From Planctomycetota bacterium (GTDB lineage Bacteria > Planctomycetota > B15-G4 > JADJEK01), in NCBI GenBank assembly GCA_044225365.1, contig JBGAIQ010000010.1, positions 93,095 to 157,094 of the forward strand: a stretch of 64,000 bases of DNA. The letters are read 5' to 3'. The notes under the pieces are model-generated. The model had not been told where the DNA came from. It saw only the letters and a list, made by a program, of their open reading frames with translations, and did not search any database. The position numbers were made by a program, and so were the translations under genes. Positions 1 to 9,095 of this stretch are shown here, in pieces (positions within the stretch are counted from its first letter, which is position 1; every line of letters begins with the position of its first letter).

Positions 1-127
1 TCCGCTTCATCGCTTCACGGGGGCCTGCCCCGAGGTGTACAGCACGATGGGAGATTGGTTGCGAAAACGGGGATTTGCGGGCGCGGCGGCAAAGAAGTGA
101 GCGAAGCTTCGAGCCGGAGGGCGTGAG

Positions 128-1450
128 CTACTTTCCGACCTTGTTCTCTCCGGGCGGTTTCTTCGGCGTCCGATCGATACCCGCCTTCGCCGCGAGCCGA
201 TTCAGCTCGGCCTCCAGCCGTTGGCTCTCACCCATCAGGCAGGTTCCGCACCACGACTCGTACGGATACTTCGACCCCGAGGCGAGCATCCAATCGTAGG
301 CCTCGGGGAAGCGACCCGCAGACTCGTGCGCCTTGGAGATCTCCACGGCGGCGCGATGGCGATAGTTCCGATAGGGCTGCAGCAGTGTATTCGGTTCCTT
401 GTCGTCGACGTCCGAGTCGAAGAGTCGGGTGAGGTAGACGATCGCCGGATCCGCGTGATCGAGTTCGCGCAGAACGAATCCCGTGTTGAACGCGGATCGA
501 CCCCAATCCGGTACGTCGCGATTCCCATCGGCGACAGTTGCGAAAAGCACCGCGGCACGAACCTTGTGATTCGCGGCGAGTTCTCCGTCTGCAAGCCGAG
601 AGAGCGCCGAGGCTCGAAGTCCGGGATCCTGCGATGCACCCGACAAGAGCGCCGTCGCCTCGATCATGTCGCGCTTGAAGCGGTAATCGCCGCTTCCATC
701 CATGCTCGTTCCACAGACAGCAGCGATGCGTTCGACGATCTTGGCGCGAGCGCTGAGGTCGTGCGTCTTGTCGAGAAGCGTCCAGCAGAAATCGAGTCGC
801 GCGATCGCAAGAGCATCGGCATCGCACCTGCCCAGGACGTCGAGCCAGTTCAGCCGCGAGTCGAGGTCTTCGGGCGAAGCCGCGAGCCGATCGATCGCGA
901 GTGCGGCAAGATCCCGTTCCCGCGGATACTTCTCAGCCCGAATGACTTCTTTGACTTCGGAGTATTTCGCTGCTCGTACCAAGTTCCACGCCCTTGCGAG
1001 CGGTTCGCCACGGTCCGTGTCGGTCGATACTCCTGCGGCGATGGCGGCAGTCGCGTCGTCTCCTCCACACCACACCCACGCGCGCATGGGCATCGTGTAC
1101 TCGAACGGCCAGCTCGGGTCCGTGCGCTCGAATTCGCTTCTCATCGCCGCCCTGCGCTGCTGGACATCCTCGATCGCAAAGATCCTCTGTACCGCACGCA
1201 TTGCTTCGCCGTGCACCGACTTCCACTTCGAAAGGAGCGCTTCAGCGCGTCCGACATCCTCGGCGGTGGGAGCGAGGGCGGCGCTCAGGAATTTCGAATC
1301 GTCGGGAGCGAGAACGAATCCGAGTCGGGCCGCGCGTGCCCCGGCGGACTCTTGAACCACGCGATCTACGATCGTCGCACTGGTGGTCGGTGGCATGACG
1401 ACGGCAGCAAAGAGCCATGGGATGCAGTGCGCAAGAATCGAGGTCGTCAT
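128..1450 (-). CDS. Secreted helical (TPR-like) hypothetical protein with C-terminal WCGTC motif
   Basis: ORF 128..1486; likely start MTTSILAHCIPWLFAAVVM (ATG 1450) gives a signal-like N-terminus; Ala-rich helical repeats; YPYESWCGTC near the C-terminus. Confidence 0.65.
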   Translation of the reverse strand: MTTSILAHCIPWLFAAVVMPPTTSATIVDRVVQESAGARAARLGFVLAPDDSKFLSAALAPTAEDVGRAEALLSKWKSVHGEAMRAVQRIFAIEDVQQRRAAMRSEFERTDPSWPFEYTMPMRAWVWCGGDDATAAIAAGVSTDTDRGEPLARAWNLVRAAKYSEVKEVIRAEKYPRERDLAALAIDRLAASPEDLDSRLNWLDVLGRCDADALAIARLDFCWTLLDKTHDLSARAKIVERIAAVCGTSMDGSGDYRFKRDMIEATALLSGASQDPGLRASALSRLADGELAANHKVRAAVLFATVADGNRDVPDWGRSAFNTGFVLRELDHADPAIVYLTRLFDSDVDDKEPNTLLQPYRNYRHRAAVEISKAHESAGRFPEAYDWMLASGSKYPYESWCGTCLMGESQRLEAELNRLAAKAGIDRTPKKPPGENKVGK

Positions 1451-1679
1451 GAGATTCACTTCCGACGAATGGCAAGGCTCTCGCACGTTTCGTTCCGCAA
1501 GTGCGCGAGCGACTCGAGCGATCGGATCGCCGCGAAACGGCGGAACTCGCGCGAAGTTCGAACGATTTCCGTAGCGGACGCTTCCGGGAACGGACGATCG
1601 TCACCCTTCGGAACTGCTGATCTCGAAGACCTCCTCGCGAGCCATCGTCATGATGCCGCACCCGCGATACGATCCGGGA

Positions 1680-3752
1680 ATGAACCGCGCCTACTTCCTC
1701 GCCTGCGTCGTCCTCGTTCCGCTCGCTCACGCCGAGCCCCCAGCGATCCCGCTGATCACGCACGATCCGTATTTCAGCGCGTGGTCGATGAGCAGCAAGC
1801 TGACCGACGATTGGCCGCGCCATTGGTCCGGTGCGACGCTCGGAATGTCGGGGCTCCTCGTGATCGACGGCAAGCCGTTTCGCTATTGCGGGCCGGCGCC
1901 GTCGACTGTGCCCGCGGCCGAGCAAGTGAGCGTGGAGATCGGGCTCACGGCGACGACCTACCAGTTCGTGGCGAACGGGGTCGCGCTCGGCGTCGAGTTC
2001 CGATCGCCGCTCGGAATGGCGGACGATCCCGCGCGCGCGTCCGAGAGCATCTCGTCGATCACGTATCGAGCGAAGTCGCTGGATGCCGCCGCGCACGACG
2101 TCCACGTCTATCTCGATCTGTCGGGCGAATGGTGCTCGAACTCGGAAACCGATCGCTTCGCGTGGTCGCGGCACCACGTGGCGGGGCTCGACGTCCTCTC
2201 CCTCGGCAAAGTCGAGCAGCCGGTGCTCGAGCACACCGGAGATCAGCGCAAGATCGATTGGGGACGCATCTACTTCGCCGGGCCCGACGATGGCTCCACG
2301 CGCGCGGCCGTCGGCAGCGACGTGCGATCGCGCCGACGTTTCCTTGAAACCGGGCGTGCGCTCGAGAGCGATGACTTGAACATGCCGCGCGCCGTGAACG
2401 ACTCGTGGCCCGTGCTCGCGATGACCGTCGACCTCGGCAAGGTCGAGGCGACGGCGAGCCGATCGTTGTTCGTCGGCTACGACGAGCGCCGCGCGATCGA
2501 GTTGTTCGAGCGCCCGCTGCGGCCGTTCTGGCAATCCGTTCACGGCGACGATTTCGCGGCCCGTCTGAAAGCCGCGCGCGAGGATCTCGTCGACGTCGAA
2601 AAGGCGAAGAAGCGCGACGAGGCCGAACAGGCGTTCATCGCGAGTGCGGGAGAGGTCGGGGGCAAGCCCTACGCGCGACTCGTGACTCTCGCCTTCCGCC
2701 AGGTTCTCGCCGGCAACAAGATCGTCGCCGACTGGGACGGCACGCCGCTCATGTTCCCGAAGGAGAACACGAGCAACGGATGTCTCGCGACGGTCGACGT
2801 CATCTACCCCGCCTGTCCGTTCTTCCTGTTCCACGACCCCGCGCTGCTCGAAGCGCAATTGCTGCCGCTCCTGCAGTACGCGCGGAGTTCGCGCTGGAAG
2901 TTCCCATTCGCCCCGCACGATCTCGGCCAGTACCCGAAGGCGAACGGGCAGGTCTATGGCGGTGGCGAGACGAGCGAGGAGAATCAGATGCCCGTCGAGG
3001 AGTCGGGCAACATGCTCGTGATGCTCGGCGCGCTCGCGAAGGTCGAGGGCAACGCCGACTTCAGCAAGCCCTATCAAGCGCAGATCGACGCCTGGGCCGA
3101 GTACCTCCGTGTCCATGGCCTCGATCCCGCGAACCAGCTCTGCACCGACGACTTCGCCGGCCATCTCGCCCGCAACGCGAATCTGTCGGCGAAGACCTGC
3201 GTCGCGCTCGGCGCGTACTCTCAGCTGCTCGCCGCGCTCGGCCGGAACGAGGACTCGCAGCGTTGGCGGAAGATCGCCGAGGAGTTCGCCGCGCGATGGC
3301 TCGAGCTCGCCGCCGGGAAGGACGCGACCGTTCTCGTCTTTCGGGAAAAGGACGCCGCGGACGATGCCCGCACCTGGAGTCAGAAGTACAACCTGATCTG
3401 GGATCGCGTGCTCGGACTCCATCTCTTCCAGGACGAGGTCTTCGAACGCGAGATGGCGTGGTACCGAACCCATCTGCAAAAGTTCGGGTTACCGCTCGAC
3501 AACCGTCGCACTTACACGAAGCTCGACTGGACCTTCTGGTCGGCGTGCCTCACCGGCAAGCGCGCGGACTTCGAGACGATCCTCGCTCCGGTCTACGCTT
3601 GGTCCGAGCTGTCTCCCCCGAAGAGCCGCGTACCCTTGACGGATTGGTACGAGACCACGGATGGCTCGACGATGGGCATGCACACCCGCACGGTCGTCGG
3701 CGGGATCTGGATGCCGCTCCTCATGAAGAAGCTCGGCATCGCGCTGAAGTAG
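1680..3752 (+). CDS. Glutaminase GtaA-like / DUF5127-DUF4965 family secreted (alpha/alpha)6-barrel protein
   Basis: Signal peptide MNRAYFLACVVLVPLAHA; motifs PLITHDPYFSAWS, KENTSNGCLATVDVIYP, APHDLGQYP, MPVEESGNML, QLCTDDFAG, WSQKYNLIWD, TKLDW. Confidence 0.85.
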   Translation: MNRAYFLACVVLVPLAHAEPPAIPLITHDPYFSAWSMSSKLTDDWPRHWSGATLGMSGLLVIDGKPFRYCGPAPSTVPAAEQVSVEIGLTATTYQFVANGVALGVEFRSPLGMADDPARASESISSITYRAKSLDAAAHDVHVYLDLSGEWCSNSETDRFAWSRHHVAGLDVLSLGKVEQPVLEHTGDQRKIDWGRIYFAGPDDGSTRAAVGSDVRSRRRFLETGRALESDDLNMPRAVNDSWPVLAMTVDLGKVEATASRSLFVGYDERRAIELFERPLRPFWQSVHGDDFAARLKAAREDLVDVEKAKKRDEAEQAFIASAGEVGGKPYARLVTLAFRQVLAGNKIVADWDGTPLMFPKENTSNGCLATVDVIYPACPFFLFHDPALLEAQLLPLLQYARSSRWKFPFAPHDLGQYPKANGQVYGGGETSEENQMPVEESGNMLVMLGALAKVEGNADFSKPYQAQIDAWAEYLRVHGLDPANQLCTDDFAGHLARNANLSAKTCVALGAYSQLLAALGRNEDSQRWRKIAEEFAARWLELAAGKDATVLVFREKDAADDARTWSQKYNLIWDRVLGLHLFQDEVFEREMAWYRTHLQKFGLPLDNRRTYTKLDWTFWSACLTGKRADFETILAPVYAWSELSPPKSRVPLTDWYETTDGSTMGMHTRTVVGGIWMPLLMKKLGIALK

Positions 3753-3758
3753 AGATTC

Positions 3759-4176
3759 TTGGACCGCCGGGCTCCAGCCCGACATCGGTGCAATTGGACC
3801 GCCGGGCTCCAGCCCGGCATCGGTGCAATTGGACCGCCGGGCTCCAGCCCGGCATTCATCACCCCGGCATCCATACCATCCCATTGCCGGGCGGAGCCCC
3901 GCGCTCCGGCCATACCATTGCCGGGCGGTGTGTGGTTGGACCGCCGGGCTCCAGCCCGGCATTCATCACCCCGGCGTCCGTACGATCCCATTGCCGGGCG
4001 GAGCCCGGCGCTCCGGCCATCCCATTGCCGGGCGGTGTGTGGTTGGACCGCCGGGCTCCAGCCCGGCATTCATCACCCTGGCGTCCATACCATCCCATTG
4101 CCGGGCGGAGCCCGGCATCCATACCATTGCCGGGCAGAGCCCGGCGCTCCAGCCCGGCGCTCCGGCCCGGCGCTCC
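3759..4176. repeat. REP/BIME-like cluster of palindromic units GGACCGCCGGGCTCCAGCCCGGC in direct and inverted orientation
   Basis: TTGGACCGCCGGGCTCCAGCCCG at 3759, 3794, 3829 (35-bp period), 3936 and 4043; inverted variants TGCCGGGCGGAGCCCGGCGCTCC near 3885, 3992, 4099, 4128; lies between convergent genes. Confidence 0.9.
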
Positions 4177-4178
4177 GT

Positions 4179-4715
4179 TCAGGACTCGAGCTGCTCGCGC
4201 AATGGCTTCCCGATCGCGTCCTTCGCCGAGAGCAGTGGCTCCTTCATTGGCCAATCGATGCCGATCGCGGGGTCGTTCCAGATCACGGTGATCTCGTATC
4301 CCGGGTCGTAGAGATCGGTGCACTTGTACTCGACCTCGGCGATGTCCGACGTCACGCAGAAGCCGTGCACGAAGCCCGGCGGCACGTAGAGCATCTGTTT
4401 GTTCGCCTCGGTGAGCATCACGCCGAACCACTTCCCGAAGTGAGCCGATCCCTTCCTCGCATCGACCGCGACGTCGAAGATCTCACCTCGCAGGCAGCGC
4501 ACGAGCTTGCCCTGCGGCCGGCGAGTCTGCGCATGGAGTCCGCGCAGCGTTCCCTTCACCGACTTCGAGTGATTGTCCTGCACGAACGGTAAGCCGATGC
4601 CGCCGTCCTTGAACTTGCCGGCGTGATAGCTCTCGAAGAAGAACCCACGCGGGTCCTCGAAGACCTTCGGAACGACGAGGATCACTCCGGGCAGCGACGT
4701 AGGACGGAACTCCAA
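4179..4715 (-). CDS. rmlC: dTDP-4-dehydrorhamnose 3,5-epimerase
   Basis: TTG start with GGAGA RBS; motifs [65 protein letters not shown]. Confidence 0.95.
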   Translation of the reverse strand: MEFRPTSLPGVILVVPKVFEDPRGFFFESYHAGKFKDGGIGLPFVQDNHSKSVKGTLRGLHAQTRRPQGKLVRCLRGEIFDVAVDARKGSAHFGKWFGVMLTEANKQMLYVPPGFVHGFCVTSDIAEVEYKCTDLYDPGYEITVIWNDPAIGIDWPMKEPLLSAKDAIGKPLREQLES

Positions 4716-4811
4716 GGCTCTCTCCAAAGGGTGTTGGCGCGATGAGGGCGCTACAACTTGCCGGATCCGCGCTTTGCGCGCAACACCCGGCAGGTACGAT
4801 CCGCCCGCCCC

Positions 4812-5579
4812 ATGGAGCTCGACGCCACACGCTGGACGCTGACGATCGCCGCGGGCGTTGCCTCCGGCTTCATCAACACCTTGTCGGGCGGCGGGTCGTA
4901 CCTCGTCCTCCCGCTCCTCCTCGGGCTCGGCCTCGACAGTCACGCGGCGAATGCAACGAACCGCGTCGGCGTGTTGATGCAGAGCCTCGTCGGTTTTCGG
5001 ACCTTCCAAAAGAGCCGCCCGCTTCCTCGGCCGCTCCTCCTCCGTCTGTCGATCCCGATGGTGCTGGGCGGGATCGTCGGCGCGAGCATCGCCGTGAAGC
5101 TCGATTCGCGCGTGCTCGACATCGTCATCGGCGCACTGCTCGTTCTGCTCCTCGGACTCGTGCTCTGGAAACCCGAGCGGTTCCTGAAACCGCCTGCGGA
5201 TCCGCCGTCGACTCTGCGCCCCCACAGCTACGTGATCATGTTCTCGCTCGGAGTCTATGGCGGCTTCATCCAGGCGGGAATCGGGCTCTTCCTGCTCGCG
5301 GCGCTCGTGCTCGATCTCGGACTCGGGCTCGTTTCCGCCAACGCTGCGAAGCTCCTGCTCGTTCTACTCATCACGCTGCCGGCCCTCGCGATCTTCGGAG
5401 CAGCGAAGCAGGTCGTATGGCCGATCGGGCTCGCGCTCGGCGTCGGTCAGTCGCTCGGCGCGTTCGTGGCGGCTCGATTCGCGACCCGCAAGGCGGAGGC
5501 CGACAAAGTCATCCGCTGGCTGCTGCTCATCGTGCTCCCGGCGACGGCGATCAAGTTGTGGTTCTTCTCGGGCCATTGA
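4812..5579 (+). CDS. Sulfite exporter TauE/SafE family membrane protein
   Basis: About 8 hydrophobic helices; [29 protein letters not shown] motifs. Confidence 0.88.
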   Translation: MELDATRWTLTIAAGVASGFINTLSGGGSYLVLPLLLGLGLDSHAANATNRVGVLMQSLVGFRTFQKSRPLPRPLLLRLSIPMVLGGIVGASIAVKLDSRVLDIVIGALLVLLLGLVLWKPERFLKPPADPPSTLRPHSYVIMFSLGVYGGFIQAGIGLFLLAALVLDLGLGLVSANAAKLLLVLLITLPALAIFGAAKQVVWPIGLALGVGQSLGAFVAARFATRKAEADKVIRWLLLIVLPATAIKLWFFSGH

Positions 5580-5587
5580 GGATGCTC

Positions 5588-7609
5588 ATGCTCGCACTCT
5601 CTTCGTACGCTCTCTTCGTCCTCCCCTTCGCCGCTGCCTCGCAGAGTGCGGATCTCTTGACGCCCGCTCGGATCGCGAACATGAAACTCGTGACCGCGGT
5701 GGACATCGCGCCCGACGCATCGCTCGTTGCGTTCACGCTCTCCGTGCCTCGCAAGCCGGGCGACGAGCCGACGGGACCCGCGTGGGACGAACTGCGCGTC
5801 GTCGATCGCGCCGGGAAGGAGCGTGCCTTCATCACGGGCGAGGTCAACGTCAGCGCCGTGCGTTTCAGCAAGGACGGACGCTCGATCACCTATCTTTCCA
5901 AGCGCAACGGCGAGAAGAACACGAGCCTCTATCGCATCCCCGTCGACGGCGGCGAGTCGCGGCGCGTGCTCACGGCGGACACGGGAATCACGTCCTATTC
6001 GTTCTCGCCCGACGAATCGAAGGTCGCGTTCCTCGCGCAGGAACCCGAGAACGAGAAACTGAAGAAGGCGAAGGAGAAGGGTTTCGACGCCGAGGTGTAC
6101 GAAGAGCAGCTTCGCTTCACGCGGGCCTTCGTCGCCGATCTCGGCGCGAGCGCCGGGAAGCCGCGGATGCTACCCCTCGAAGGCAATGCGTCGGAACTAT
6201 CGTGGAGTCCCGCGGGCGACAAGCTCGCGCTGGCGCTCGCTCCCACCCCGCTCGTCGATGACGAATACATGGCGCGACGCATCCGCGTCGTCGACGTCCA
6301 ATCCGGCGCGGTCGTCGGCAAGATCGAGAATCCGGGCAAGCTCGGCGCGGTGAGGTTCTCCCCCGACGGCAAGTACCTCGCGTACATCTCGGCAGCGACG
6401 AAGAACGACACCCACGAAGGCCGGCTCTTCGCCGTGCCCGTTGCCGGCGGCGCTCCCGCCGAACTCCTGCCCGACCTCGACGGACACGTCAGTGCGATCG
6501 CGTGGCGCGACGCCGATACCGTCGCCTGCGTGATCGACTCGCACGTGACGTCGTCGATCGAGGAGGTCGATGTCGACGGGAAGAATCGCCATCCGATCAT
6601 CGCGGGCGGCGAGCACGTGCTCGCCGGTCTCGCGCTCGCCGCCGATGGCACCGTCGCGACGACCGACGAGAACTGGCGGCATCCGCGCGAAGTCCTCGTT
6701 TGCGCGGAATCGAAGGGGACGCCGACGCAGCTCACCGATCACAACGAGTGGATCCGCGACCTCCGGCTCGCGAAGCAGGAAGTCGCGAAGTACAAGGCGC
6801 GCGACGGCCTCGACCTCGAAGGCATCCTCGTTCGACCGCTCGACGAAGTGAGCGGGCAGCGCTACCCATTGATCCTCTGCGTCCACGGCGGACCCGAGTC
6901 CCATGTGAAGAACGGGTTCGTGACGACGTACTCGAACCCGGGCCAACTCGCCGCCGCGCACGGCATGGCGGTCTTCTATCCGAACTATCGCGGGAGCACG
7001 GGACGCGGCGTGAAGTTCGCGGCGCTCGGCCAGAAGGACGACGCCGGCGCCGAATTCGACGACCTCGTCGATGCCGCCGACTACTTCGTCCAGCAGGGCC
7101 TTGCGGACACCGCGAAGATCGGGATCACGGGCGGCAGCTATGGCGGCTACGCGACGGCGTGGTGCGCGACGAAGTACTCCGAACGATTCGCCGCGGGCGT
7201 CATGTTCGTCGGCATCAGCGACCTCATCTCGAAGTCGGGCACGAGCGACATTCCGAATGAGAACTTCGACGTCCACGCCCGCATGTGGCCGTGGAACGAC
7301 TGGAACTTCCATCTCGAGCGCAGCCCCGTGCGATGGGTCGAGAACTGCAAGACCCCCCTCCTGATCTGCGGCGGCAAGGACGATCCGCGCGTCAATCCCG
7401 CGCAGTCGCTCGAGCTGTATCGGCAACTGAAGATCCTGGGCAAGACGCCGGTGCGACTCGTCCAGTACCCGGGCGAAGGGCACGGGAACAGGAAGTCCGC
7501 GTCGCGGTACGACTTCTGCCTCCGGATGCTGCAGTGGTTCGATCACTATCTGAAGGGCCCGGGCGGAAACCCGCCGGCCGCCGAGCTCGACTACGGCGCG
7601 GGGAACTGA
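5588..7609 (+). CDS. S9 family serine peptidase (acylaminoacyl/dipeptidyl peptidase), secreted
   Basis: Signal peptide; beta-propeller FSPDG repeats; VHGGP, NYRGSTGRG, nucleophile GGSYGG, DPRV, GEGHG. Confidence 0.92.
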   Translation: MLALSSYALFVLPFAAASQSADLLTPARIANMKLVTAVDIAPDASLVAFTLSVPRKPGDEPTGPAWDELRVVDRAGKERAFITGEVNVSAVRFSKDGRSITYLSKRNGEKNTSLYRIPVDGGESRRVLTADTGITSYSFSPDESKVAFLAQEPENEKLKKAKEKGFDAEVYEEQLRFTRAFVADLGASAGKPRMLPLEGNASELSWSPAGDKLALALAPTPLVDDEYMARRIRVVDVQSGAVVGKIENPGKLGAVRFSPDGKYLAYISAATKNDTHEGRLFAVPVAGGAPAELLPDLDGHVSAIAWRDADTVACVIDSHVTSSIEEVDVDGKNRHPIIAGGEHVLAGLALAADGTVATTDENWRHPREVLVCAESKGTPTQLTDHNEWIRDLRLAKQEVAKYKARDGLDLEGILVRPLDEVSGQRYPLILCVHGGPESHVKNGFVTTYSNPGQLAAAHGMAVFYPNYRGSTGRGVKFAALGQKDDAGAEFDDLVDAADYFVQQGLADTAKIGITGGSYGGYATAWCATKYSERFAAGVMFVGISDLISKSGTSDIPNENFDVHARMWPWNDWNFHLERSPVRWVENCKTPLLICGGKDDPRVNPAQSLELYRQLKILGKTPVRLVQYPGEGHGNRKSASRYDFCLRMLQWFDHYLKGPGGNPPAAELDYGAGN

Positions 7610-7640
7610 ACGGACCCGGGAAACGAACTCGCGCGGCGAT

Positions 7641-9083
7641 TCAGGCGAGGATCTCGTGCACGACGCTCCCGTGCACGTCCGTGAGTCGGCGATCGACACC
7701 CGCCGTGCGGAAGGTCAGCTTTTTATGGTCGATGCCGAGCAGGTGGAGGATCGTCGCGTGCAGGTCGTAGCACCACGTCACGCCCTCCACCGCCTTGAAG
7801 CCCAGGTCGTCGCTACGCCCGTGCGCGACTCCGCCACGGATCCCCGCGCCCGCCAACCAGGTGACGAACGATCCGCCATTGTGATCGCGTCCGAGTGAAT
7901 CCTGCGCGAAGGGCGTGCGGCCGAACTCGGTGGTCCAGATCACCAACGTATCGTCGAGCAGTCCACGCGCCTTCAGATCGAGGAGGAGGCCCGCGATGGG
8001 AAGATCGACGCTCGCCGCGATCGGCGGTAGTTCCTTCTGGATGTTGGCGTGGTTGTCCCAATTGTTCACGGCGCCTTGCGGCCCACTCCACACTTGCACG
8101 ACGCGCGTACCACGTTCGATCAGGCGACGCGCGAGCAGGCAGCGCCGGCCGAAGTCATCCGTGATCGGATCTCCGACGCCATAGGCGGCGCGAGTGAGGG
8201 CCGTTTCGCTGGCAAGGTCGAACGCTTCCGGCGCGGTGAGCTGCATCCTCGCCGCCAACTCGTAACCGGCGATTCGAGCTTCGAGCCGGCTGTCCTCCGG
8301 ATGCAGGGTCGAATGCTCGCGATTCATCGCCCGCAGGAGCGCGAGCGAATCCGCGTCCCCCCGCGCGTCCGCGAACGTGTGCTTCTTGTCGGCGAAGAGG
8401 TCGGGGACCGGCTCGGCGCTTTCGGCATGGAGGATCGTTCCTTGATGCCGCACGGGCAGGAATCCGGCGCTGAAGTTGGCCTTCTGGTTGTACGGCAACC
8501 CGCGCGGATCGGGGAGCACGACGAACGTCGGAAGATTGTCGGCGAGACTGCCGAGTGCGTACGAGATCCACGCGCCCATGCACGGGAAACCCGGCAACGT
8601 GAAGCCGGTGTTCATCATGTAGCTCGCGGGCCCGTGCACGTTCGTCTTCGTCGTCATGGCCATCAGGAAGGCCATTTCGTCCACCCACTTCGCCTGGTGA
8701 GGGAACACACTGCTCACGAATCGACCGCAGCCCCCGTGCTGCTCGAACGCGAACGGACTCTTCAGGACCGCGCCGGGCTGGCCAGTCTGGCCCTCGGGCT
8801 TCTCCTTCGGACCGAGCATCTGTCCGTGCAGTCGCGCCAACTCTGGCTTGGGGTCGAACGTGTCCATCGGGCTCACGCCGCCGTTCATGAATAACTGGAT
8901 CACGCGTCGCGCCTTCGCCGAGTGATGCAGACCGCCGTTCAATTCGAGTCGCATTCGCGACTCTGCGGGCGATCCGAGCCCATCCCGCGCGAGGAGTTGC
9001 GAAAGCGCGATGCCTGCGACGCCGCCCGCGCTGCGCGCCAGGAATTCGCGACGGGACGTCTTGTTCGTGAGATGGTCACCCAT
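7641..9083 (-). CDS. DUF1501 domain protein with Tat signal
   Basis: SRREFL twin-arginine motif; AKARRVIQLFMNGGVSPMDTFDPKP, FGRRCLLARRLIERG, WDNH, TEFGRTP, GRDH, DLHATILHLLGID, RLTDVHG. Confidence 0.93.
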   Translation of the reverse strand: MGDHLTNKTSRREFLARSAGGVAGIALSQLLARDGLGSPAESRMRLELNGGLHHSAKARRVIQLFMNGGVSPMDTFDPKPELARLHGQMLGPKEKPEGQTGQPGAVLKSPFAFEQHGGCGRFVSSVFPHQAKWVDEMAFLMAMTTKTNVHGPASYMMNTGFTLPGFPCMGAWISYALGSLADNLPTFVVLPDPRGLPYNQKANFSAGFLPVRHQGTILHAESAEPVPDLFADKKHTFADARGDADSLALLRAMNREHSTLHPEDSRLEARIAGYELAARMQLTAPEAFDLASETALTRAAYGVGDPITDDFGRRCLLARRLIERGTRVVQVWSGPQGAVNNWDNHANIQKELPPIAASVDLPIAGLLLDLKARGLLDDTLVIWTTEFGRTPFAQDSLGRDHNGGSFVTWLAGAGIRGGVAHGRSDDLGFKAVEGVTWCYDLHATILHLLGIDHKKLTFRTAGVDRRLTDVHGSVVHEILA

Positions 9084-9095
9084 GATCGATCGACA

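Noticed and set aside
1-10. Possible start (ATG AAG CGG) of a minus-strand gene leaving the window
   Set aside because: Only three codons visible; cannot be supported
3759-4176. CRISPR array
   Set aside because: Spacers are short and repeated rather than unique, units occur in both orientations, and no cas genes are present; fits REP/BIME
3489-4592. Several ORFs with repeated peptides (GPPGSSPA, WTAGLQPG)
   Set aside because: Translations of the REP cluster and of antisense rmlC
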